Assembly (NCBI GenBank): GCA_030141605.1
Contig: JAQGDQ010001770.1
Location: 1 to 26,160 of the forward strand
DNA length: 26,160 bases
Reading direction: 5' to 3'
Source: Tubiluchus corallicola
Taxonomy: Eukaryota; Animalia; Priapulida
Shown piece after piece: positions 1-11,301 of this stretch. Made by a program: the position numbers and the translations under genes. The notes below the pieces were generated by a model that was not told the origin of the DNA, did no database searches, and saw only the letters and a program-made list of their open reading frames with translations. The stretch's first letter is position 1. Each line of letters starts with the position of its first letter.

Positions 1-417
1 TTATACGCTTTAAGACTAATTTATTAATTTGCTGAGACAAATATTGTACTTTATAGATAACCGTACGCGTTAAATTATAGTAATATTGCAAATTTATTTG
101 ATGGAGAATTAATGTCAATTGGAAATTTCATTTACGACTGTATGCATAGATTTTTGAATTAAATAGTACAGATTTGTTAGCCGAATTATAACCGCATCAC
201 TGTGATTATCATATAGGTAAAATATTTGTTTATCACATCTGTACAAATGCTTAGTAAATAGTTTTTTTTCGCTTCATAGAGTTTACAACTAAATTTGTAT
301 ATGTGTGTATACCTGTGCAGCTATGTTGAGTCAAAACTCTCTCTCTCTCTCTCTTTCTCTCTCTCGTAAATTGCGTAATTTTATTTTTTCGTATTTTTTT
401 TTATCTTTCTATTTCAT

Positions 418-473
418 TTGGGGCCACCAAATTCACTTCGCCCAGGGCCTCCAATTACCTAAGGCCGGCCCTG
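418..473. mobile_element. Right terminus of a hAT-type non-autonomous DNA transposon
   Basis: Ends ...GGCCGGCCCTG (reverse complement CAGGGCCGGCC, a common hAT TIR) with subterminal GGGCC motifs. Partner end not seen in the window. Confidence 0.5.
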
Positions 474-1177
474 GTCCCAAGAATTATATAAGCATATATA
501 AATATATAAATGTATTTGTTATTGCTCTAGATGAATTCTGACTAGGTGTTTCAGCGCGTCTGTAGACTGTAGATGTTTTCAGAGTTGAAGTTGTAGATGC
601 CATCTGACCAAACGATTAAAGTTGCCTGTGTCTAAGTTATCTTACCAGATGATGAGTTGCCGGCAGATTCCTTCTAATCAATTACCTGGGATTGGCAATA
701 AACTCGTGCTACGAGATGCTTATATAATATGTGACCTTTATATATATATATTTATATATATATGTATTTCCACTAACAGTTGTTAAATTTACAAAACGGG
801 GAGTGCGCGCGCATAAGTTGTAAAAACATTCTAGTACAAACCGCGTAATAAAATCATGTTTAAATTAAATCAATTCGAAGCTCTGTTAATTGTGTCACGG
901 ACTGTTGCATTGCAAGTGTAAAACAGTCGCGATTTCAAACACGTTGAAGCCGCCATTCATAGATAGTTTTGACTTTGCATGACATACGTGATCTTAAACT
1001 TGCATCAAACCTATTTTTAGCTATTATGAATATCGTACGTTATAAAAGCCTTCTGCTAAACAAACTCATTGATAATGTCTAGATACTGTGTCTTAGAGCT
1101 GACAGAACATTAACCCCCGTTAGACGGCTTTTTATAGACTATTTTTCATAAATGATTATGCTAATTAATATATATAA

Positions 1178-1256
<79 letters not shown>
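1178..1256. repeat. (TAT)n followed by (TA)n microsatellite
   Basis: Directly visible; abuts the 3' end of the minus-strand LINE remnant. Confidence 0.95.
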
Positions 1257-1261
<5 letters not shown>

Positions 1262-1732
1262 ATCTTTATTTGCCATAAAAAATCGATATTCATAGCTATA
1301 AAAGTATAAAAGAACATCGCAGCATGAGAATAAAATTCACACAACTGTTAAAGGCAAATGCGTCCAGTGCAAACTAAAAACTACTGTGCCAAAAATTTAA
1401 AACAAAATATACATTATAAAATTATACGGAAATTATAATAGACTATATACAATATATACATATAATTTAAAATGGACGTGGGTAAATAAAATTTGCGGAT
1501 GAATGTATATTATCGTTTACGTATGTTGGGCTTTCAAAACGATTTAATGTATGTATTTTTAATTTTGATTTGAATTCGTCAAAAGACTTGATTTGTTTTA
1601 AATTTGATGGCAGGGGGTATTCCAAAGTTGAACTCCTTGTTTAGTGATAGAATTGTTCGTTTGTTGCACTGTTATTATTGTTGTTTGTGTATGTAAATAT
1701 TGTAGCATATATATGTCAGCATTGCAATTAGC
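1257..1732 (-). mobile_element. Decayed 3' end of a CR1/L2-group LINE
   Basis: Minus strand of ~1540-1660 reads SITKQGVQLWNT, frameshift, PSNLKQIKSFDEFKSKLKIHTL, matching the G..LWNSLP..K...S...FK..LK ORF2 C-terminus. AATAAA lies on the minus strand near 1265-1270. Confidence 0.65.
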
Positions 1733-3451
1733 TGTTTCTCTTTTTTAGCAATTTAAAACACAAGTAAGCACGGTGTTCTGCATATAAATATGTTTCTCTT
1801 TTTTAGCAATTTAAAACACAAGTAAGCACGGTGTTCTGCATGTAAATATGTTTCTCTTTTTTAGCAATTTAAAACACAAGTAAGCACGGTGTTCTGCATG
1901 TAAATATGTTTCTCTTTTTTAGCAATTTAAAACACAAGTAAGCACGATGTTCTGCATATAAATATGTTTCTCTTTTTTAGCAATTTAAAACACAAGTAAG
2001 CACGATGTTCTGCATATAAATATGTTTCTCTTTTTTAGCAATTTAAAACACAAGTAAGCACGGTGTTCTGCATATAAATATGTTTCTCTTTTTTAGCAAT
2101 TTAAAACACAAGTAAGCACGGTGTTCTGCATGTAAATATGTTTCTCTTTTTTAGCAATTTAAAACACAAGTAAGCACGGTGTTCTGCATATAAATATGTT
2201 TCTCTTTTTTAGCAATTTAAAACACAAGTAAGCACGATGTTCTGCATGTAAATATGTTTCTCTTTTTAGCAATTTAAAACACAAGTAAGATGTTCTGCAT
2301 ATAAATATGTTTCTCTTTTTTAGCAATTTAAAACACAAGTAAGCACGGTGTTCTGCATATAAATATGTTTCTCTTTTTTTAGCAATTTAAAACACAAGTA
2401 AGCACGGTGTTCTGCATATAAATATGTTTCTCTTTTTTAGCAATTTAAAACACAAGTAAGCACGGTGTTCTGCATATAAATATGTTTCTCTTTTTTAGCA
2501 ATTTAAAACACAAGTAAGCACGGTGTTCTGCATATAAATATGTTTCTCTTTTTTAGCAATTTAAAACACAAGTAAGCACGGTGTTCTGCATATAAATATG
2601 TTTCTCTTTTTTAGCAATTTAAAACACAAGTAAGCACGGTGTTCTGCATATAAATATGTTTCTCTTTTTTAGCAATTTAAAACACAAGTAAGCACGGTGT
2701 TCTGCATATAAATATGTTTCTCTTTTTTAGCAATTTGTAAATATGTTTCTCTTTTTTAGCAATTTAAAACACAAGTAAGCACGGTGTTCTGCATATAAAT
2801 ATGTTTCTCTTTTTTAGCAATTTAAAACACAAGTAAGCACGGTGTTCTGCATATAAATATGTTTCTCTTTTTTAGCAATTTAAAACACAAGTAAGCACGG
2901 TGTTCTGCATATAAATATGTTTCTCTTTTTTAGCAATTTAAAACACAAGTAAGCACGGTGTTCTGCATATAAATATGTTTCTCTTTTTTAGCAATTTAAA
3001 ACACAAGTAAGCACGGTGTTCTGCATATAAATATGTTTCTCTTTTTTAGCAATTTAAAACACAAGTAAGCACGGTGTTCTGCATATAAATATGTTTCTCT
3101 TTTTTAGCAATTTAAAACACAAGTAAGCACGGTGTTCTGCATATAAATATGTTTCTCTTTTTTAGCAATTTAAAACACAAGTAAGCACGGTGTTCTGCAT
3201 ATAAATATGTTTCTCTTTTTTAGCAATTTAAAACACAAGTAAGCACGGTGTTCTGCATGTAAATATGTTTCTCTTTTTTAGCAATTTAAAACACAAGTAA
3301 GCACGGTGTTCTGCATATAAATATGTTTCTCTTTTTTAGCAATTTAAAACACAAGTAAGCACGGTGTTCTGCATGTAAATATGTTTCTCTTTTTTAGCAA
3401 TTTAAAACACAAGTAAGCACGATGTTCTGCATGTAAATATGTTTCTCTTTT
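1733..3451. repeat. 58-bp tandem minisatellite, about 30 copies
   Basis: Unit tgtttctcttttttagcaatttaaaacacaagtaagcacggtgttctgcatataaata, with variants cacgg/cacga and catat/catgt, and shortened units near 2290 and 2735. Confidence 0.97.
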
Positions 3452-5625
3452 CAGTCATGCTTTTCGGTTTTGGTTACTAAGGAATGGGGAATTTAGGAAC
3501 CTCTGTCATTCAGCGCTTCTCCCCCTTTTAAAGTATCAAATTATCTTTCAAAATTCCGCCCTTTCTTTACAAATTGCGTACGTCTAGAATTTCCTTGTAC
3601 CTTGTTATATAATACAGAATTGAATTCAGTTGTATGTCCTATGGTGTTTTCTCTAATTCTACCTCTATTACAAAGCTGCCAAAACGATTGTTTTTCTAAA
3701 TAAATCACTGCCGTTCAGCTGTGCAAACCTTTTTTGGTTTTGCTATTGGTTCTGTTTTGATTTTTTATGCCCACAACGCCTACGCGCACTATATTTTTGC
3801 CTTCTCTCTGGAGGAAAAACAGCAATTATTCTGCGAGCAGAAATAATATAAACAAATAAATAACGCCATGTTATTAAACCTGCCAAGCCGCATCTGAATC
3901 AACACGCCATTTTTTTCGCACAGCAATACAAGTCAAGTTAGTGAAGTTACCCGACTCAAAACTTACACGCGCACTACTACCGCTCAAAGACGTTCACTTG
4001 TTTAGCATGATTGCGGCACTTTCTCAAGTGCACCGTCTATCTCCGCTTGCACATTTACGCCGGGAAAATCTGGATGTTATTCTAGCGGCTTGCTCTTTGA
4101 GAAATCATTATTGGCAATGTTTTTCCCGTGGTTGTTTTGTTGTAGTTTTTCTTGTTAGACGCATCCTCTGCATTGTATCAAACCGCTGCAGCATCTGTCA
4201 AAATAGTTCGTAAATCTGGCGATAATGCGGCACAAGAACTGATGAAATTTCAGCACAAGTAATTGCGCTCGAATTAAAATTAAATGGCAACGTCAACTGG
4301 TGAAAACGTAACTTAGACGCAACGATTTTTCCCATTTAAAACTCGAGGGTCTTCTTCATGTCGAATGGTGAATAAATCAATCTAAATAAATGTTAATTGA
4401 AATGGATACAAAACACCAGTTTAACGCGTTGACCAAAAGTTTCTTTATTCTGAAAGACAATTATTAACATTTAGTTTAATTTGCATTGAGTAGAAGAAAA
4501 TTAGTTGCATGATTAAATGTATTGCTATAACTAAGAACTGTTATAAAAATTATGTAGACTGTATTGAAGTTAATTAATAATAACTTATTAGAGCCTTTAA
4601 CAGTTACAAAGACAGGAATGAGAACTCCAAGTAGCCTTAAGAACAACGACGTCACAACAATAATTTTTTATGAAATTCACAGTCATAATGCTCATCACAG
4701 TCAGAAAAATAGAGCAATGGCGGAGAGAACCAAAAGACGGGTAAAATGTCATGCAACTACTACAGCTACAGCTCACGAAATGCCAAAATGCTAATGTATT
4801 GAAGGATATTAGGTGCTTCAATTTTAAAAGAGTGACTACTGTAAAAGCCTACTAAATAAACAAACAGGTGGCAGCAACGTAACAGTAACTGAGAACTAAA
4901 TTAAAACCAAAAAAGGGCCTGTGCACCCACTACATTATTGACTGTGACGTGTAAGTGGTACCAAATTCATAATTAAGAACATGTATCATCTATAGATTAC
5001 AGTCCTACTAATTGCGGAACATGAAATGAGCCAGGAATCGTCAAATTTTTGAAACTAAACTTGGTCCAATGGAAAGAAATGTGAAAAAAAACCGAAATCA
5101 ACTTTATTACCAACTGGTTTCGGACAATTATTGGTCATTTTCAAGGAATCTAAAAACGAAAAAAATTACCAAAATGTAGAAATAAAAAAGGACAAACGCA
5201 CTTATTTACAGTCGCTGGGACAACAGACAATATTAGCCATAGGCGACTAAACTAAAACAGCAGTTAAAGAGGTGACACTAGGAGTTTGTCAGGCTGAGCA
5301 CAAAAACTTCTACTCATCACAGATACTTTTTATTCACTGATCCACCATGGTTGAATTTAGAAAGAAAACTGGTCACTGATACATCTTACTTGAGAACTGA
5401 ACCCGAACTCTCCATCCCTCACTTAGGAGTCCTTGATTAAAGCAAAAGAACAGAGAAAATTGAGCATTAAAATTTCATAATCACATGTGTCAACATTGTG
5501 ACAGCCAACAAGAAGAAGACGAAATTCGTTTTTCTTTTTGTTTTACTTTTCTACTATGTTTTACTTTATTTTACTATATCTCACATAATTATAATGTCCC
5601 TAACTTTTGCAGTTATTTGGAAATT

Positions 5626-6167
5626 ATTCAGGCTAAGGCAACAGATTGCCCCCTTGTGAAACTCCAGTACGACTATGGCAGCTACCTGCTCTCTCAATCA
5701 CTCACTTGATCATTCAGGCTAGGGCAACAGAGTGTCCCCTTGTGAAACTCCCGTACGGCTATGGCAGCTACCTGCTCTCTCAATCACTCACTTGATCATT
5801 CAGGCTCAATCACTCACTTGATCATTCAGGCAAGGGCAATAGAGTGTCCCCTTGTGAAACTCCCGTACGACTATGATAGCTACCTGCCCTCTCAATCACT
5901 CACTTGATCATTCAGGCTAGGGCAACAGAGTGTCCCCTTGTGAAACTCCCCTACGCCTATGATAGCTACCTGCCCTCTCAATCACTCACTTGATCATTCA
6001 GGCTAGGGCAACAGATTGCCCCCTTGTGAAACGCCCCTACGCCTATGATAGCTACCTGCCCTCTCAATCACTCACTTGATCATTCAGGCTAGGGCAACAG
6101 AGTGCCCCCTTGTGAAACTCCCCTACGACTATGACAGCTACCTGCTCTCTCAATCTCTCACTTGACC
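5626..6167. repeat. 86-bp tandem minisatellite, 6 full units plus one internally deleted ~26-bp unit
   Basis: Unit attcaggctagggcaacagagtgtccccttgtgaaactcc...ctctcaatcactcacttgatc starts at 5626 and 5712; short unit at ~5798-5823; four further units follow. Confidence 0.95.
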
Positions 6168-6748
6168 ATATTATCTAAATCATCCCTCGTAGCGTAAACA
6201 AACAAACACCAGATAAGTGTTTTCACTTGGTAGCCGAGAAGACTTGATGCGTCTTCCAGCTGGTCTGTTTCTTATCACTATCTAATAGATAGAGATGTAG
6301 AATTTTCAGGTTTAAATCATGTTAGAATACAGATATCTTTTGTCGTCGTTGTTGTTGTTGTTGGCGGTGACGGTGACGGTGATGCTTGTGGTAGCAGAAT
6401 TTGTCGTTATTACTGTTGTAGTTGTTGTTTTTTATTGTTATCATCGTCGTTATTGTAGTCGGTATTTAGATGGATGTTAGACTAGTGCAGTTTCGCTGAC
6501 TTCGGTTTTTTTTCCATTTGTCTGCCTATCTGTCAGCTTGTGTGCCTGTCGTTTTCGCTTGGTCGGGTGGCTGACAGATTTTATTTCTTTTTTTGCTGGT
6601 TCGCATGTTAATTGGTTGCTTGGTTGGTATGCTTGGATAGCTGACTGAAAGTTTTTTGTTTTTGTTTGATATGAGATGTATTTATGATTTGTTTTTTGTA
6701 TTGCATCTTGACATTAATGTTTCTGTTTTTATCATAAATTTATGCATA

Positions 6749-7056
<308 letters not shown>

Positions 7057-7650
7057 ACATTATTAAAACCGCTAATAATTAGTTTAAAAATTGTACATAG
7101 AAATCACTACTAAACTGTGACAATTGTGCGATATTTAAAACGTGTTAATAATGAAAGAATTTATCTGTTTGAAGTGCTGAATTATTCGAATCCATAATTT
7201 TATAAAAAATCTCGATCGAATCGAATTCGAACATTCGAACTCGTTCTCAGTTACATTGAAAAATTGTCAAATAATCATGTCAAATTTCTAACCATTATGG
7301 AGTATTATGGAGTAAAGTTGAATTGAATTGAATTGTTCGATCGTTAAAAGATGAAATGAAATAAAAGTTTATTATTTTAAATGAAAATTTAAATGGAATA
7401 ATAATTCATCTAAACGTGTACAGTAATGGGTGAGTGAACAGAACGTGAATATAAAAAAGTTGACAGAACAATGTGTAATGTTTTTCATTGTTCAAGTACT
7501 AAATACGTAACATATATAATCAATAACAGTAATTGTGATTGGTATACGTGATGACTAATATTGTTGCTACTTTTTTTACCGAATCACGATCTTAATATGT
7601 CAACCAACTGACTAGACGACTGACAAAACTAAACGACTGTGCCCGCTTAA

Positions 7651-8226
7651 ATAAGACAGGATGATTTTTCATATACTACCCCATTTTCAAGTCCGATAAA
7701 AAGTAAACATTTTAACACTATAAAAACTGCAAACACGTTTCTGGTAATTAAATAATGGACTAAAAACTTAATTAATGGCGGGCGAGCCCAACTATTGATG
7801 ACATCACAAACTAACATAATTTTCAGCATCAAAAATATTGCACGTGTTTGCGATAGTGAAAATTGAAGTACAGTGCCACTGTTAGATATTCAATGTGTTG
7901 TAATAAAACTAAGCAAGTTTTGAGATAAAAATTCAAATTTCAAATTTACCGCTGTGCTCACGCATTTGTCACAAACTAACACATTCGAACTGAGAGGTAC
8001 AGTACCTGTTTCTGTATAATGCGTTTCCGAAATGTAGGCGCTAGTACCCGTCTAACTAGCGAATGACAAAATGCATGTAACAGCAAAGAAGTAGTGGCGC
8101 GAACGTGAAATTGTGTTTCTGTGGAAATAATTCTTTCACGTAAGTCGTTTAAAAAAATGTTTCCCTTCAATATTTTAAAGAGTAGATTGTTTCTACATAC
8201 AGTTTAAGTTTGGGTCAGGTTTTGCT
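7651..8226. mobile_element. TTAA-flanked non-autonomous DNA transposon (Kolobok-like), copy 1
   Basis: TTAA at 7647-7650 and 8227-8230; colinear over its whole length with 17959-18548; right end ...CAGGTTTTGCT. Confidence 0.75.
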
Positions 8227-8246
8227 TTAACAGATGGATAACTAGA

Positions 8247-8534
8247 TTAATGGAATGAATCAAGATGTATCACTTTACTTAATGGAATGAATCAAGATGT
8301 ATCACTTTACTTAATGGAATGAATCAAGAAGTATCACTTTACTTAATGGAATGAATCAAGATGTATCACTTTACTTAATGGAATGAATCAAGATGTATCT
8401 TTTTACTTAATGGAATGAATCAAGATGTATCACTTTACTTAATGGAATGAATCAAGATGTATCACTTTACTTAATGGAATGAATCAAGATGTATCACTTT
8501 ACTTAATGGAATGAATCAAGATGTATCACTTTAC
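8247..8534. repeat. 32-bp tandem minisatellite, 9 copies, abutting the splice acceptor
   Basis: Unit ttaatggaatgaatcaagatgtatcactttac x9, followed directly by tttcag and the exon. Confidence 0.97.
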
Positions 8535-8540
8535 TTTCAG

Positions 8541-8711
8541 GTTTGGTTTCAAAATCGACGAGCAAAATGGCGGAAGCGGGAACGATTTCAGCAGATTGGA
8601 GCGATCAATCAAATCAATCAAATCGATCCTATGAGGGCCCTCAATCAACATTCTCCATACGATGGACTACCGCTAGCCCCTCGACCCGGTGATGCAACTG
8701 GCTATCCCCAG
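8541..8711 (+). CDS. Alx1: Internal coding exon of an aristaless-like (Alx) PRD-class homeobox gene: homeodomain helix 3 plus 43-aa extension
   Basis: Acceptor ttactttcag at 8531-8540, then VWFQNRRAKWRKRERFQQ...PYDGLPLAPRPGDATGYPQ (171 nt, 57 codons, phase 0/0), then donor GTACGT at 8712. An intron just before VWFQN is the typical PRD-class position. Q50 homeodomain. KRERF followed by Y..P...R....Y.Q matches the Alx family (ALX4 RKRERFGQ...YELPLLTRAENYAQ, recalled). Alx1 versus Alx4 paralogue is not certain. Confidence 0.92.
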
Positions 8712-8754
8712 GTACGTAGTGTGCAAGCCTCACTAACGTTCTATGTAGGACATT

Positions 8755-9437
8755 CACCAAGACATTCGGTTACTTTTAGTCTGACGGGAAAATACTGCAG
8801 AAAACTGGCTGAAAAAACATAGAAAATTACAAACATGATTTTTCGATGTTTTAAAAGTCAAAATCCCCAAGTTTTGATCACTGCATATAAGTCGTATGTA
8901 CGATCATTACTTGAACATAATAATTCTATATGGACTCCTCATGAAAAAATAATAATTGATGTTTTTGAACGAGTTCAAAAAGATTTTGCAAGGCGTTTGT
9001 GTATTAAATATAACATACCGCTTAACAGCACTGAATTTATAACTTCTAGAAATTAGAAGATGGTGTTCTGACTTGAGAATGGTGTATAAAACACGTAACA
9101 ACCTCGTCTATTTAAAACTTGATGAATTTTTTGAATATGTACAGCGGGTAGAGGCCACAGCTATAAATTGTATTCAAATTATTGGAGGTTGAAAATATTT
9201 AAATTTTCCTTGTCGAATAGACTTTTTGAGATTTGGACTCACTGCTTCAAGAAATGGTAGATGCGAACTCTGTAAAAGTGTTTGATTCAAAATTAAAAAA
9301 ATTAAGTTTAATGAACTATTGCAAATTTAGTCGAAACTAATAATTTTGAAGCGCCTGTAAGAGCTTTTAGCCTTGGTGACTTTCTCCATTTAATAATCTG
9401 TTAATTTATATATATACTTACAATTACAATTACAAAA
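8755..9437 (+). mobile_element. 5'-truncated, decayed CR1-group LINE 3' end in the last Alx intron
   Basis: ORF 8835-9056 MIFRCFKS..LITAYKSYVRSLLEHNNSIWTPH..IDVFERVQKDFARR matches CR1-type YKSYVRPILEY.S.VW.P..ERVQ. Frameshifted RGHSYKL and FSLSNR follow, and a (TTACAA)n tail lies at ~9418-9435. Confidence 0.85.
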
Positions 9438-10162
9438 ATATATTACAGTATATATATATATATACTGTAATTACGATTTTATATTTGTACAGTTTTGTAT
9501 TTTTGTGTTGAAGGAATAGATACAAATACAAATAATACATATAAATACAAACAACCATTGCTTCAAGTAAGATTTGCAGCACTCTTCATAGATAAAGCTT
9601 AAAAAATTCATTTGCAATTTCATAGCACTTACATGCTGTCTTATGAACACGGAACTTGTATTGCCAGTAACTCTCTGTAAAACATATAAATTTAAACTCC
9701 CGTGACGACAGTTAAAGGTGCAGGCATTTTGACAGTAAATCGTTTCAAACAACTTTAGATAACATCCGTGGCACTCTCTTCGCGAACTAAGCAAAAGTTT
9801 AAATTACTTTATCTTACCAGCAATAATGTGAATCAGTGGTGCACACTGGGATGGCGGTGCAGTTCCATTTAACAGGTGATGCGAGTATTTTAAATTATTA
9901 AAAATTTTCTTTTCCATTTGGGTAATAGTAAGAATTTCGTTGACCATTTGGGTAAGGTCAAATAATACCTGTAACTTTGCATAGAAATTTTGAATATAAT
10001 TTAAAAATGCGTTTTCTTCCACTTTAAATTTTAATATCACCACACGTATAATTGTAAACTTCTACAAAGCTTCACTTACAATTATCGGTGTGTGTAAAAC
10101 TTGAATAAAACTTTCCCAATACTAATGAATATAGACATCATGGCGAACCGTCAAATGTTATG

Positions 10163-10890
10163 AACATAGATAGATATATTTATTAGTGTCAAAAATACAT
10201 AAAATACAAGAAAGAAGAAGATATACATGCAATTCCGCTTTTGAAATATAATGACACTATAGACAAACAAAACAATTACTAATAAAACAAATTTATTAAA
10301 TTGCTTCTGTTAGTTATTTTAGTTATTTAAATGAAAATTTTAATGATTAGTATTTGAAATAAATTGTCGTTTATTAGGCCTCGTTTTCAATGCTGTGATC
10401 ATTACATAATATGTTGTTCATCATGTCATAAAAACGCTTTTTCAGCATAATTAATAAATGCCTTAATTACTTCTAAATCATTACTTCCCATCAGGAATAA
10501 AAATTTATCAGCATCGTTCATAAGGAAAGATTCTGGTTTAATTACATTGATGTGATTATATAATTTTTCTCTAAGATCATTGCAATTTGGGCATTTTATA
10601 AAGTGTAATTCGTCTTCGATTTGATTTCTTAAACAGTATGAGCATATACGATTCTTAGCCGGGATTTTTCCAGGTTTAACGCACCTCCCTCTTTCAATAC
10701 ACAAAGTACGAGAGCTGATTCTCAGTTTTGTAAATTTTGTTTTAGCATATTTGGAATAGCCACAAAGTAAGTAGCTTTCTAGTTGATTTTTTTTTTGAAT
10801 GTTCGATACGTTTGCAGTTTTTTTATTTAAAACAAATTCTATAATAATTATGTTCATATTGTGATTGCAGACAATATAACCATAGAACAT
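10163..10890 (-). mobile_element. RTE-X-type LINE 3' end (C-terminal CCHC zinc-finger-like region)
   Basis: ORF 10426-10890 contains KLRISSRTLCIERGR..P..NRICSYC..QIEDELHFIKCP.C..LR, the RTE-X ORF2 C-terminal signature. Minus-strand AATAAA and an (ATCT)n tail at ~10165-10185. The 5' boundary is approximate. Confidence 0.85.
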
Positions 10891-11301
10891 ATAGGACTTT
10901 CACTATATTCTCAAACACTTAGCTATTTGTTACTGTATCAGTTTCTTTTCTACAGGTCTGCTTAATCATTACCTATTTTGCTTTTGTAAATACATAATTA
11001 GTGCATAATTTACTGTGCCAATTTCTTTTTTTCAGGTCTGCTTAATCATTACCTATTTGGCTTCTGTTAACTACTTAATTAGTGCATAATAGGCTCTGAC
11101 TACATAAACTGGTTGTTTGTTTGTAAATTTCTGACTGATGATGACTGCAGCAGCCTGTCAAAACGTTTGGCATGATTTTAATATAAAAGGTTTAGTAAAG
11201 TTGTGTTGTTTTAAAGTTAGACTGAAAGTTCCTGTAATAAAAGTAATTATAGAAATCTACATGAGCCAAGTCTAATGACAGGTCTAATTTTTTTTCTTCA
11301 G

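Noticed and set aside
675-684. TAATCAATTA palindromic paired-class homeodomain site (reverse form at 25818-25827) as an Alx autoregulatory element
   Set aside because: Expected by chance in 26 kb of AT-rich DNA, and the spacing is 2 rather than the 3 preferred by Alx dimers; it would need conservation or ChIP data.
3452-4821. ORFs 3941-4213, 4564-4794 and 4597-4821 as gene or transposase fragments
   Set aside because: No recognisable motif or convincing splice context; possibly old TE sequence but unsupported.
8511-8822. The whole 103-aa ORF as a protein
   Set aside because: MNQDVSLYFQ comes from the 32-bp repeat and acceptor, and residues after GYPQ are intron and LINE sequence; only 8541-8711 is exon.
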